NCBI GenBank assembly: GCA_964016885.1
Contig: OZ024741.1
Span: 189,844,001 to 189,908,000, forward strand
Length of the DNA: 64,000 nt
Source: Eledone cirrhosa
Lineage: Eukaryota
Direction: 5' to 3'
The notes beneath the pieces were generated by a model. It saw only the letters and a program-made list of their open reading frames with translations. It was not told where the DNA came from and made no database searches. This document shows, piece after piece, positions 39,413 to 53,062 of the stretch. Made by a program: the position numbers and the translations under genes. The stretch's first letter is position 1. Each line of letters starts with the position of its first letter.

Positions 39413-39703
39413 TATTAAAACAATGAAATTAAACACAAAACTGTTAATTCATAGTAAAACACATTATTTTACGATCGTTTCTGGGGGGGTAGTCCTCTGT
39501 ATGTTCATTTAATTATTTCTGAAGACGGTGGGTAGTGAAGACGTATGTATTCTTTTCTCACGATGATATTTTGTAATATGTTTTACATAGATCAATAATT
39601 GAATGAACATACAGAGGACTACCCCCCAGAAACGATCGTAAAATAATGTGTTTTACTATGAATTAACAGTTTTGTGTTTAATTTCATTGTTTTAATATTT
39701 CTA
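39407..39703. repeat. Inverted repeat, ~110-bp arms (Penelope-like pLTR fold-back)
   Basis: 39407-39517 is the near-perfect reverse complement of 39594-39703. Confidence 0.9.
39512..39647 (+). ncRNA. Type I hammerhead ribozyme motif with long stem II and palindromic stem III
   Basis: attattt CTGAAGA cggtgggtagt...actacccccca GAAA cgatcg TA^aaataat; 7-bp stem I; ACGATCGT palindrome. Confidence 0.7.
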
Positions 39704-39914
39704 TTTTGACTCTGTATCCAATTGAATTATATCGTTGATAAAAAAAATGTTTGTATTTTAAACTTTGCTTCACAACATCTTCTACATACGGATTACATTG
39801 AGTTCTTTATACGGTTTAGACCCTACCATTGAGTGGTAGATTTATCTGTATATATATATATATATGTGTGTGTGTATATATATATGTATGTATATATTAT
39901 GAATATATGTTACT

Positions 39915-40460
39915 CTTGAGTGCTACTGGTCACATGTAACTCAGTACAACCTGTCACATGGTCGGATCGTCAGCGACTAAACCAGCAACCCCACCAAGTT
40001 TACTTGGTGAGGAGGGTGATTTTGGACACCCTGCAGGACAAAAGACAAAACCTGACAAAGGGCGAAAGAACTCATAAGAGTCAACGGCCATCCAAAAGTG
40101 TGTAAATATGTATATACACTTGTACATATGTATGTATATGTATATGTGTATATACATGGGTGCATGTGTATGTATATGCGCGGGGACATAGAAATAGTTG
40201 GGCTGGACACCCGATCGCGCGGTTAAACTACTGGGAGTGAAGGACCCCTAACCTTTGTCAGGGCATTCTTCTAGGAGAAGACAACTCAGGAAACTGGGAT
40301 AACTCCGATATAAAACCTGCAGCTCAGTAGTTACCAATGATGTTGATCTTTTCTTCTTTTCAGGTTATAGCTACTGTCGCTCAGAGAGTGGGATTGGCTC
40401 AGTGCACAGTCTTTCCTCACTTTAAAAAATATCTTCATGCACAGGCATTGCACAAAAGAA
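39915..40460 (+). mobile_element. RTE 5'UTR-derived fragments, interrupted by a microsatellite
   Basis: Homologous to 54440-54800; TTCTAGGAGAAGACAACTC motif. Confidence 0.7.
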
Positions 40461-40544
40461 TTAATTAATAATTATTAATAATGGTATATCGTGCAATGTC
40501 CATACTGATAATGAGGGGGCAGCTATCATGTATATATATATGTA

Positions 40545-40770
40545 TAAAAGGAACGATCGACTTTTCGTCAAATCGGACCGAGGGAACAATGTTTCCGTTG
40601 GTCTTTCCAATTGCTAATACTATCTATCGGTCGCAACTCCAGGTAGAAGGAGCAACGTGAAATAAAGTGTCTTGCTCAAGGACATAACACATCGCCTGGT
40701 CCAGGAATCGAACTCACAACCTTACGATTGCGAATCCAATTCTCTAACCACTCAGCCACATGCCTTCACA
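40545..40770 (-). mobile_element. CORE-SINE variant with alternative body
   Basis: tRNA head plus truncated CORE; body shared with 12020-12262. Confidence 0.75.
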
Positions 40771-40794
40771 AATGTATGTATGTATATAAATGTA

Positions 40795-41127
40795 TGGCTT
40801 AGTGGTTAGAGCATTGGCCTGGCAATCGAAAGGTTGTGAGTTCAATTCTCAGACCGGGTGATGTGTTGTTTCCTTGAGCAAGACACTTTATTTCACATTG
40901 CTCCAGTTTACTCAGCTGTAGAAATGAGATGATAGGGACTGGGGTCTCTATCATTCCACTGCAAAGTGGTCGTGGAGGTGCCACGGCAAAAAAGCACCCA
41001 CCACTCACTGTAAATGAGGTTGGTGTTAGGAAGGGCATCCAGCTGTAGAAATCAAGCCAGAATCAGTTCCCGTCCCACCTTTGCAAGCAAGGAAAAGTGG
41101 ACATAAAATGATGATGATGATGATGAT
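40795..41127 (+). mobile_element. tRNA-CORE SINE with RTE-A tail
   Basis: Nearly identical to the reverse complement of 25385-25731. Confidence 0.9.
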
Positions 41128-41138
41128 ATATATATATA

Positions 41139-41321
41139 TATATATAAAATTGCAAGTTTGAAGAACTATTAGATAAAATATATACAGTATTTCCTCTCTA
41201 CATTTTAAACTTATAGCCTCGTTTAAATGATTTTTTTATGTGGTTGATTTATATGGACTAGGAGAGGAAATACTGTATATATTTTATCTAATAATTCTTC
41301 AAACTTGCAATTTTATATATA
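41139..41321. repeat. Inverted repeat, ~60-bp arms
   Basis: 41139-41198 versus 41262-41321, one mismatch seen. Confidence 0.85.
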
Positions 41322-41436
41322 GCTCTGATTAATGATTATTTGCTTAATTAATTCTTCATTGAGCCACACTGTGAAAGGTAGCCAAACTCATATATGTATC
41401 TGTGACTATGTCTAATTATATATATATACCCCTTTG

Positions 41437-41475
<39 letters not shown>

Positions 41476-41687
41476 TCATCATTTAACACCGCTTTCCCTG
41501 CTAGCAAGGGCTGTATATATATATAAAGATATAGATCAGGAAAGGTGTGGTAAAATAAATACCAGGTGGACCCACCAGAGTACTCAATACTTTGGGTCCT
41601 GAATCATTTCATATATATATATATATATAATTGTCTCTATGCCTATCTATCAATTTCTCTCTCTCTATCTATATATATATGTATATA

Positions 41688-42100
41688 TCATCATCATCAT
41701 CATCATCATCGTTTAACGTCCATCTTCCACGCTTGCATGGTTTGGACAGGAGTTTTCCCACTTGAGGCAAGATTGGTTGTCCTGCTTGTATAGGACTGTC
41801 TGGTGGGTTTTCTACGGCTGGATGCCCTTCCTAACACCAACTATGTTTACAGTGTGGACTGGGAGGTTTTTACCGTGTTACCTACACGGCCACATTAAAG
41901 TGTGGACTGTGTGTTTTTTTTTGTCGTGACACCTACACGACCTCATTTATTTCGGACTGGATGCTGTGGTACCAACATAACTTTACATCGAAAGGGGTGG
42001 TGTGGATGGGGTGGTGGTAGTGGGACGGGGGTGTATTTTTGTTAGAGGTGCCTACTGACTGTAGGTTTCGCTTTGTACTTAGGCAAGGCGGGTCTTCTGT
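41688..42100 (-). mobile_element. RTE family B 3'UTR
   Basis: Reverse complement of 4975-5370. Confidence 0.85.
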
Positions 42101-42141
42101 ATATATATATATATAAACTCTCATTCTAATATATATATATA

Positions 42142-42436
42142 TCATCATCATTCATCATCATTTCATTTTACGTCTGCTTTTCCCTGCTTGCAAAGGTGGG
42201 ACGGGAACTGATTCTGGCTTGATTTCTACAGCTGGATGCCCTTCCTAACACCAACCTCATTTACAGTGGGTGCTGGGTGCTTTTTTTGCCGTGGCACCTC
42301 CACGACCACTTTGCAGTGGAATGATATGGACCCCAGTCCCTATCATCTCATTTCTACAACTGAGTAAACTGGAGCAATGTGAAATAAATGGTCTTGCTCA
42401 AGGAAACAACACATCACCCAGTCTAAGAATTGAACT
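42142..42436 (-). mobile_element. tRNA-CORE SINE (5'-truncated)
   Basis: Matches 25385-25680. Confidence 0.85.
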
Positions 42437-42606
42437 AGCTATGAACCTAGTTGTTGACACAGCAAGAGTTCAGCTGTGACCCAGACACATTCTAATATAA
42501 CATAATTTATTCAATCAGCAATCAGGCCAGTGTGGAATAATTGAGATGAAACCTTTTATTAAATTATTAATATTATCTGCCTTTACATCAGCAAGGTGAA
42601 AGAATA

Positions 42607-42623
42607 GTTAGTTGTTGTTGTTG

Positions 42624-42655
<32 letters not shown>

Positions 42656-43153
42656 GGTGGTGGTGGTGGTTCTTACCACCATTGTCATTGTTGTTATAGT
42701 TGTTGTTGTTGTTGTTGTGGCTGTGATGGTTGTCACCACCATTGTCATTGCTGTTGTTGTTGTTGTTGTGATGGTTGTCACCGCCATTGTCATTGCTGCT
42801 GTTGTTGTTGTTGTGATGGTTGTCACCGCCATTGTCATTGCTGTTGTTGTTGTTGTTGTTGTTGTTGTGATGGTTGTCACCACCATTGTCATTGTTGTAG
42901 TTGTTGTTGTTGTGATGGTTGTCACCACCATTGTCATTGCTGTTGTTGTTGTTGTTGTGATGGTTGTCACCGCCATTGTCATTGCTGCTGTTGTTGTTGT
43001 TGTGATGGTTGTCACCGCCATTGTCATTGCTGTTGTTGTTGTTGTTGTTGTTGTTGTGATGGTTGTCACCACCATTGTCATTGTTGTAGTTGTTGTTGTT
43101 GTGATGGTTGTGATGGTTGTCACCACCATTGTCATTGCTGCTGCTGCTGCTGC

Positions 43154-43186
<33 letters not shown>

Positions 43187-43333
43187 GATGGTTGTCACCA
43201 CCATTGTCATTGTTGTAGTTGTTGTTGTTGTTGTGGCTGTGATGGTTGTCACCACCATTGTCATTGTTGTAGTTGTTGTTGTTGTTGTGGCTGTGATGGT
43301 TGTCACCACCATTGTCATTGCTGCTGCTGCTGC

Positions 43334-43366
<33 letters not shown>

Positions 43367-43393
43367 GGCTGTGATGGTTGTCACCACCATTGT

Positions 43394-43432
<39 letters not shown>

Positions 43433-43565
43433 GATGGTTGTCACCACCATTGTCATTGCTGTTGTTGTTGTGGCTATCACAGTCACGTTGTTACCATCAT
43501 TGCTGTTGTTGTTCTTGTTAGTATTGTCGTTGTTGTTTTTGTTGCTGTATTAGTTGTTGTTGTTC
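42607..43565. repeat. (GTT)n compound array with anchor gtgatggttgtcaccaccattgtcattg
   Basis: About 15 anchor copies separated by variable GTT/GCT runs. Confidence 0.95.
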
Positions 43566-43704
43566 CTAAAAGAGAACTAACTGACACTGAAGGTAACCAG
43601 CAACAACATAGAACTAATCTATTATATAATGTCATCCTAAATAACCCTGACAAAAATATATCTACAGGATTGCTGTTGCCCTAGAGCTAAGCAACAACAA
43701 TACA

Positions 43705-44290
43705 GCGTAGGTGTCACGACAAAAAAACACACAGTCCACGCTGTAATGTGACCGTGTAGGCAACACGGTAAAAACCTCCCAGTCCCACACTGTAAATGTG
43801 GTTGGTGTTATGAAGGGCATCCAGCTGTAGAAAACCCGCCAGATAGTCCACGCTGTAATGTGGCCGTGTAGGCAACACGGTAAAAACCTCCCAGTCCCAC
43901 ACTGTAAATGTGGTTGGTGTTATGAAGGGCATCCAACTGTAGAAAACTCGCCAGACAGTCCACGCTGTAATGTGGCCGTGTAGGCAACACGGTAAAAACC
44001 TCCCAGCCCCACACTGTAAATGTGGTTGGTGTTAGGAAGGGCATCCAGCTGTAGAAAACCCGCCAGACAGTCCACGCTGTAATGTGGCCATGTCGGCAAC
44101 ACAGTAAAAACCTCCCAGCCCCACACTGTAAATGTGGTTGGTGTTAGGAAGGGCATCCAACTGTAGAAAACCCGCCAGACAGTCCTATGCGAGCAAGACA
44201 ACCACTCTTGCCTCAAGTGGGAAAACTCCCGTCCAAACCCATGCAAGCATGGAACATGGACGTTAAACGATGATGATGATGATGATGATG
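43705..44290 (+). mobile_element. RTE-B 3'UTR with an internal 112-bp segment amplified 4 times
   Basis: Unit starts at 43731, 43843, 43955 and 44067, then the normal tail from 44179. Confidence 0.9.
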
Positions 44291-45155
44291 AATACATGAT
44301 TATTCTAATACAATGAACAGAAATGGCAAGAGCTGATAGCCCCAGCTTAAATCTGATCCAGCAGACTTTAAATCAAAGGAATTCCAATCATGATTGTCTT
44401 TTATTCAAAATTAGTTTACTCTATCCTGTAAATCTTTCATCTTTTTTTATTTAAGACAGTAGGTTGTTATCTGTGGAAAGTTTAATTGCTTTTACAAGCA
44501 GGTATGCAACCCCAAAGAGTTTCCTTTGTAGACTCGTGAGAGTTCTTGTATTTATTGATTATCTTGATAGAAATATAAACAGCCCAATAATATAATAGGT
44601 TTTATCTGTTTTACTTGTATGTATGGCTGAATGGACCCATAACTCCTGGTGGAGTTGTAGGGGTGTCATAGTGACATACAGCATGTCCTGGGTATTTTAA
44701 GCATGGCGGAGTCCACTCCCTTTCCAGGTCTGAGCACAGCTGATTTCTTCCAGAGAAGGAGAGAGAGAGAGTGATAAAATGGTTGGGGAAAAGAGACATA
44801 GAGGAAGAACCGATCCCAGTACTAGTCTGGTACTTTTTTTTATTGACCTTAAAAGGATGAAAAGCAAAGTTTACTTTGGCAGGTTTTAAACTCAAGATGT
44901 TCTGCCTGTCAGTTTTAATTAAAGGGGTTAATTAAGAGAATTGTCAGATGAAATGCCTAATTGCATTTATTCTGGTTACTTATATTTTATGATGGCTCCA
45001 TTAGAGTTGCAGTTAAAGAAGACCTTGGTGTTTTGTTCCAGCTCACTGTGTTCTGGGTCCAATACCTGCCAATGTCAACTTTGCTTTTTATCCTTTCAAG
45101 ATTGATACTTAAAGTCCCAGTACCAACCAGTCTCTCTCTCTCTCTCTCTCTCTCC

Positions 45156-45236
<81 letters not shown>

Positions 45237-45986
45237 GACATGTGTCAGGATGGCACGTCTATGACCCTGTTAGGTGTTCAAGGTCCTTTACTTTACTTTT
45301 ACTTACATTTTAGTTCAAATCTCAGCAAGGTCAACTTTGCCTTTCATTCTTCTGGGTTCAGTACAAAAAGTATCAGTCTAGATCAGTGGATGAGCAGAGC
45401 TTTAGGATGTCATGTTATTTATTTTAACTCTTTGCATTCTAAATTCAAATCCTACGGGAGGCTACTAGGGTGCTAGACTTAATCCATCAACCAGTTTAAC
45501 ACCACCACATGGCTTTCAGGTGCCTTTAACAGAGTCCCCTCTATTACAAGCATTCAGACAATTTCTCCAGTTTGAAGATATATTCCTTTCTTCCACCTTC
45601 CCTTGCACCAGCCTTAAAGACTCTGAAAAGGGTCATAAGCAATGCCCTTACTTCTCTAATTAAACAGTCAAAGCATCTGATCTACACGACAGTTTCTGAT
45701 AAAGTCATTTGCTGTTGTGGTTGTAGGTTTTAGTATGGGTGTGATTGTAGTTATTGTTATGGTTGTTGTGGTGTTGTGATTGTGGTTAATTCCAGCTTTA
45801 TAATACAAAATGTAAACTAGAGAGACAGACAGACATACAAAGAAAGGACAATGAAGTTTATTAGTCTTTGCAGATTTTATATTATTCTAAATCGTATAGT
45901 ATCTTCAAAATGGACTATTGAAATATTTCTAGCACACTATAATTCATTAAAATTGAAAAAGGCAGCAGAAGATTCATTAATCTATT

Positions 45987-46066
<80 letters not shown>

Positions 46067-49000
46067 AAACACATATACATACTTATATATCTATCTAACT
46101 GTCTGTTTCTCTCACTCACTCAAATTATCTTATTCTATATATTACCCTCTCTCTCTCTCTCTCTCTCTCATTGAAGAAGACCATCTGTTCGTTTTAATTT
46201 TAATAGAGAAATGATTGAAAACAGAGTGAAGCACAAAAGTCTTGGAACAAATAATTCTTTGAAACTCAGAACTGATTCTTGCAACAAAGAGTTGGCCATG
46301 TTGTAAGAGTTAGTTGAACCACAAATGGCATCCTTTTATGTAGTTTGGGTGTTTCACATTGAAGAATTATGGAACCATAATGATATATATCCTTGGTTAA
46401 AGACAGGCAGCTGGTGTCTGCTATAAATTGAAAGGGGCTGACAACGGTTGAGATAGTGGGGTGTTGACATTGTTCTTGTGGTGGTGGTGGCGGTGGTGGC
46501 AATGACAGTGGTGGTGGTGGTGTGTGTGGGGGGAGGGGGTTAGTGGCAGCAGTGGTAATGATAGTGATAGAGGAGGTTGTGGCAATGGTGGAGATGGTGG
46601 GGGATAATGGCATTGGTGTTAGCAGGCATGGTGTTGCAAGAGAGTTGTCATGAGTTGGACAGGTCAGTTTCAACACACCATCTATCTATTTGTTGTGGTC
46701 AATTGTCATCTCTCTTTTGAAGCCCAGCATCCTAAGATCAAACCTTACCACATCTTCAGTAATCATCATCATCATCATTTAACATACATTTTTCCTGCTT
46801 TCTGGGGTTGGATGGGTTGTCACAGACCAATTCATTACTTAATCAGAGCCACTGATCTCCCAGATGGGCTGGGACCTCATCTTGCTTACATACATCCCTG
46901 CTCTCTACAGAGTGCACTATTCATTTTATCACTGCACCAGCACTACTGAGGTCATCATGTTCTTAACTTTGCCTTTCATCCTTACAGGGTCGATAAAATA
47001 AAGTACCAGTAATGTACTGGGTAATTGCTGGCCTTGTGCCTAAAGTAGAAACAATTATGTTCTTGACACCACTGAAGAATTCTCTCTACTCCTTGTCTGG
47101 CAAGTTATTTTTATGGATGTTATTTTATCGTACCACCAACACTAGAAAGGTTGTTGTGCTCTAAACTAATTTTTGCATCATTTCTACAGCTGGATTCCCT
47201 TCTTATCATCAACCTCTTTACAGGATGTACAGAGGTAGCATTTTATCATGTCACCAACACTAGGGAGGTTGTCAGTCATTGACTCAACTGAAGGGCCTCC
47301 TCTAATTTTTAGTCTTCTTTCAAAAATCTTTAATTTCCTATTTCTGTAGTTTCTGGGATTTGAACTAAAAATCATAAGGAATATAACTGTTTACCCTGAT
47401 CTATACTCAGGTTGGCCATACTTAGGGATGCAGCCTCCATCCATGCGGCATACATAACCAAACATCACAAATAAGGCTTACTGAACACTGCAGATATGTT
47501 CTTAGATCTTGGTCTTTCAAGGAGCTCAGTAAAGGTATTGTATTCCGATCACTGACTTCGTATAATAGTGTCAACCAGAATTTGAAGCAGTAGCTATTTA
47601 ATAAGAGCATTGCCCCGTTAATCATTGCACACAACAACTAGAATAAAGGTGATTTTAACATTAGCACAAGCTACAAATTTAGGTGGTAGGGGGTCTGAGA
47701 TAGCCCTAATTGTCCAGACAAATAATCAAAGGCATTCCAGCCATCACTAGCCCATTTTTTCTTTCCAAATATATCTAAGACTGCATTGTCTTATGTGCCT
47801 TGTCTGGTTATTTAGCCCCAGATCAACCCTGATCCAACAAACCTATAATCAAAGGTGTTCCAGTCATAACCATCCCTTCTTTGTTCAAACATAGTGCATC
47901 TAGGACTACATTATGCAATGTGTCCTTCCTTGTTATTCAACCCCATGACAATCTTGGTCCAGAAGATCAATGATCAAAAATGTTCCACAACTAATGTAGT
48001 TAGGACTTCATTTTCCTTGTTATTCAAGCTTGATTTATTAGAACAATGGTCAAAGGAGCTCCAGCCATGCCCATCCCATATTTCATTCAGATATAATGTA
48101 TAGACATTATACAGTCTGTCTTTCCTTGTTATTCAGCCCTTATCCTGCTGACCTATGATGAAAGGTGTTCCAGCCATGACCTTCCCATATTTTATTCAGG
48201 CATAGTATATCTAGGACTACATTATCTAATGTTCCTTCCTTGTTATGTAGCCCTGATTCAGCAGACTAATGGTCAAAACTGTCCATCTATGACCATCTCA
48301 ACTTTTTTAACATATCTGTTGGTTAGCTCTGCTGGTTCAGAGTATAGTGATGATAATAGCAGGTGTGCCTAAGGCCTCACAAGGTATATTTATAGTATGT
48401 ATGTTACTCCTGATGGAATCATTGGGTGCCATAGTGTCAAATGGTGTGTCTTGGACATTTTATACTTGGTAGAGCCTATCTCCTGACCACAGTTGGTTTC
48501 TTACAGAGAAAGAGTGAGAGAGAGAATGAGAGGAAGTGAGAAAGAGATATAAAGGAAGAATCAACCCCAGTATGGACTAGTATCTATTTTATCAACCTCA
48601 AAAAGATGAAAGTCCAAGTTGATCTCAATGAGTTTTGAGCACAGACAGCTAGAAAGAATACCACAAAGCATTCTGTCTAACATTCTAACCACTCTGCCAA
48701 TTTGCCACCTTAAGTTTCTAATATTTCTTCTATATTCCATTAAAACAGATTATAGTTCTCCTTGGTCAGATGAGTTGGTGTGGACAGTGGAAAGCATGGT
48801 GCTAAAGGTTTATGCCTGAAGAAACTTGGTTGAAAGCTATGTTGGCTGTGGATACAGAAATCTAGAACAGCTTATGGTCTATATTAATAACATGTTCAGA
48901 CAGCAAGATATTTTGGAGAATACATAATTTAATCAATATCTTTATTTAGATATTGGAACACGGAATGGCATTGGAAATTTTACAATTTCCATTGATTAGA

Positions 49001-49800
49001 CAATAAAATTTTAAAGAAACTTAATAAAAATAATAGTAATAATTTTTTTTCTTTCTAACATTGGTACGAGGCCAGCAATTTGGAGGAAGGGGTAAGTTGA
49101 TTATATCAACCCTAGTATTTAATTGGTATTTTATTTTATCAACACTTTAAAAATAAAAGGTAAAATTGATCCTAATGGGATTTGAACTCAGAATGTAGAA
49201 AGTTGTAACTAATGCTGCAAAGCATTTTGTCTGATACTCTACTGATATTGTCAATCCTGATAATAATTATAACAGCAATAACAAGAAATAGTAATAATTA
49301 TCATCATTATCAGAATTTTTACATCCATATGCCCATAAACGCATGGAGTTGACAGGACTTTTTCAGGCAATATTTTATGTCTGAATGCTCTTCCTGATGC
49401 CAACTCTGAATTATTAGTATCTAATGGGGGGTCCATTTAGCCATACCATTTTCACCATTTTTACCCACCATTTATAAAAGTTACAGAAGAGCAGCTCCAT
49501 CAACTCTACCCTTATTTTCCTCTTCCACTGGTACTGTCTTCAAGCACCATCAACTCTACCCTTATTTTCCTCCTCCACTGGTACTGTCTTCAAGCCATTC
49601 AACCACATCTGCCACATTATTTCCTTTGCTGTAATAGGCTTGGCTGATACCTGAATCCATCCCTCATGTGATAACAGCCATTTGACATAACCTTCAAATC
49701 AGTAATGCAGATATTGGATGAATGCAGGCCAGATCATTTCATCACTCTGCATACATTTCAGACAGGCATGGTTCTTGGTGGCTCTAAAATGGACATTTCT

Positions 49801-50017
49801 TTAACCCTTTAGCATTTACATTACTCTATATATACTATTATATTTTCATGGTAAAAGCTTTACCTCACATAATATCAAATCTATGAGATTTTGATATTTA
49901 TTTATTTTGAGAACAATACCTTAACATCAGTATGAGTGGTCGGTTACAGCCACTTTGAACAGAAAGAGGTGAGAGAACTCTGGCCGGATACAGCCAGTTT
50001 AAATGCTAAAGGGTTAA
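49801..50017. mobile_element. piggyBac-type MITE, intact
   Basis: TTAA|CCCTTTAGCATTTA ... TAAATGCTAAAGGG|TTAA: perfect 14-bp TIRs and a TTAA TSD. Confidence 0.92.
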
Positions 50018-50918
50018 AGTTTTGAATCCCTGGCTTCATAGGCAGTACCCAAATTTCTACCATCACCAGCTCTGCCAGAATCCTATGTGATATATTATGT
50101 CTCTAAGATCAGGGTCTGATTTGAGGCCAATTAATGTGCTTCACCTAGCAACTGATTGCTAGAGAAACCTTACAAAAAATGATCATTATTATCACTAATT
50201 ACTACTACTACTTCTACTACTTCTTTTTCTTCTGCCGATGCTGCTGCTGCTGCTACTACTACTACTACTACTGTCCATGCATTGCAGACATGTGGGCTTG
50301 TGGCAAGCAACTGTAATCTTGTGTAAGATAGATATGGCTATCAGTTGATTTTATAGTGAAAATTAGACTGCCATCTTCCTTTAGAAAGGAAGCATAGTGA
50401 GTTGTCCTGTGCCTGATAGCTTTGGCAAAGGAAGCTGTATGGTGGACATATCTAAAAGATTTGAAGACAAGAATCTTCTTCCCCAGCCAAGCTACTTGAG
50501 GCAGAAGGTGGGGGTAGAGAGGTGGGTGTTGCCTTCTAGTGTGTTTTATGAAGGATCTATGAGAACAGCAAGATTGACATGACTAAATGGGCCAACTCTG
50601 AATATGCTTTTCTAAGCAAGATGAAAGAAACTAGGAAAGGGCACTTTTTAATGGCCATTAGGCAACAGAGTAATTTGTGTGGAGTTCTCCCTGGAATTAC
50701 CGCTAAAGTGCAGTTCTTCCCACTGTTTCTAGTTGACACTTGTAATTGTTTTGTATTGTTATCATGAATATTTATTACAATTATTGTTGTTGTTATACCT
50801 GCTGTTTTCTTTTTAGTGATTCCTTCTTTCCTTTATTCAATGTAAACCCCACTCTATTATTCATGGATGATCTGTCTAACTCGTGCAAGCATAGAAAAAT
50901 GGATGCTAAATGGTGATG

Positions 50919-50952
<34 letters not shown>

Positions 50953-51879
50953 ATGTGTGTGTGTGCAGGCAGCCAGTCAGATAGGGAGAAAGACAATCAG
51001 ATACAGGTAGATAGGGAAAGAGGGAGAGAGAGAGAGAGAGTGAATGAGAACAGATTTTAACAAAATTCTATCACAACAAATGCATTTATTCCACAACCTT
51101 CCTTTTCTAAATTATGTTCACATTACTGCTGTACCTATTAAATATCTTTCTTACATTTTTATTATCCTTTCCTTACTATTGTTTAGTTGTTTTTACTTTT
51201 TGTTTACTCCCCCCCCCCCCCCACACACACACACACGCACACACTTTTCTATATCCAATAATTTGGAAATTTCGTATTTTATTATATTTGTTTGATATTT
51301 ATGATGTAATAACTCAATTAAATGTCATCTGTATCAAAGCTAAAATTGGTTTCTTTTTACAAGTGTGATTTTACATAATAAGAAAACATAAGCATTAAGG
51401 AAGTGTAAATGTGGGAATGATATAATAAAAGGTTGCTTAGCAGGATGTATAATGTTAGTGTGCATGAACGAGGGAGCACTGGTTGGAGAAAGAGTGGAAG
51501 AATCAAATGTAGTAGTCAGTGCTGGATTTAGGACAAATGAGGACCTGTGCTAGTTAGGTTATGAGGCCCCTTACACGTAATTCATCATAAAAAATTATTT
51601 TTGGAGGAAGATGACCCCCCCCCCCCCCGGCCTACTTGACCCTTGCTTAACTTTCTAGACACTCTGGGTGCATTAAGTCACCGATAGAGTAATCTCCCCT
51701 TAATACATAATGCTGTGTCACGGGAAGCAATTCATAAAAATTTCTAGCATGCTAAAGGTTAAGCACAATGGTAAATCTGGCAATGATAGTAGTGTGTAAG
51801 AAAGATGACTGAGCTGGTGTGGATATGTGGTGTGTATGAAGGATTATAGTTGAGTAAAGAAATATTGTCAAATGATCCT

Positions 51880-52256
51880 ACTAGCCCACACTGTAAAGTG
51901 GTCGTGTAGGTGTCACGACAAAAAGCATCCAGCCCACACTGTAAAGTGGTCGTGTAGGTGTCATGACGAAAAGCACCTAGCCCACACTGTAAAGTGGTCG
52001 TGTAGGTGTCATGACGAAAAGCACCTAGCCCACACAGTAAAGTGGTCATGTAGGAGACACAGCAAAAAGCACCCAGCACACACTGCAAATGTGGTTGGCG
52101 TTAGGAAGGGCATCCAGCTGTTGAAAACCAGCCAGAAACAGTCCTATATGAGTGAGACACAGTCACCCGGCCCAACTTGCCTCAAATGGGACAAATCCGT
52201 CTAACCCATGCTAGAGTGGTAGATAGACGTTAAACGATGATGATGATGACGATGAT
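51880..52256 (+). mobile_element. RTE-B-related 3'UTR with a 48-bp unit repeated 4 times
   Basis: gcccacactgtaaagtggtcgtgtaggtgtca unit, then ggcgttaggaagggcatccagc and a (GAT)n tail. Confidence 0.8.
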
Positions 52257-52430
52257 CCAAGCTGTAGAAAGTTGTAGAAGTAGAAGTCCAAGGAAGACAT
52301 GGAACAAAGTGGTGCAAGTGGATCAAAGGAAACTGAACCTCATGATAGAGATGACAGGGAATGCAGTAATTGGTGAGACATTGTGCTGGAGAAACCTTGT
52401 CCAACCCATCTTATCATAGAAAAGTATATT

Positions 52431-52649
52431 ATAATTGATTCTATTTTAGGCACAAGGTCAGCAATCTGAAGGGAGGAAACGTCGATTAAATCGACCCCAG
52501 TGTATTACTGGTGCTTTATTTTATCGACCCTGTAAGGATGAAAGGCAAAGCTAACCTCGGCGGGATTTGAACTCAGAACATAAAGAGCCATAACTCTATG
52601 CCACGAAGCAGGATGTCTGACGCTCTACCGATACTGCCAATCCACCGCC
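52431..52649 (-). mobile_element. Meta-domain SINE
   Basis: Family match to 59361-59546. Confidence 0.85.
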
Positions 52650-53022
52650 AAATGTAAAATGATAATGGTGATATATTATATACAATGGGATTCCATACAA
52701 TATCCATCTACCAAATTTTGCCTGCACAGCAAAGGCCAACTCAAAACCATGGTAACAGACCCTTGCTCAAGCATCCATGCAATGGAATCAAACCCATAGA
52801 TATACAGTTACAAAGCAAACTTCTTAACCATAAAGTCATGTCCGCATTCATAAATTTACCTATATGTTAACAACAACATAAAACCGGAAACCCCTTCATA
52901 ATTTATAGTACTGAAGCACGATAAATAAAGCCTTCACCTTTTTTCCACTTTCTTCTTCTTCGTTGTTTGAATTATTTCTTCCTCTTTAAAAGCTTCCCAC
53001 ACAAGTATTGTCTGTATCACCA

Positions 53023-53062
<40 letters not shown>

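Noticed and set aside
42608-43553. Poly-Thr and poly-Val ORFs
   Set aside because: Artefact of the (GTT)n compound microsatellite.
48811-48856. CTGAAGA-aac-ttg-gtt-GAAA hammerhead-like core
   Set aside because: The cleavage position would be UG (not NUH) and stem I does not pair; probably chance or too decayed.
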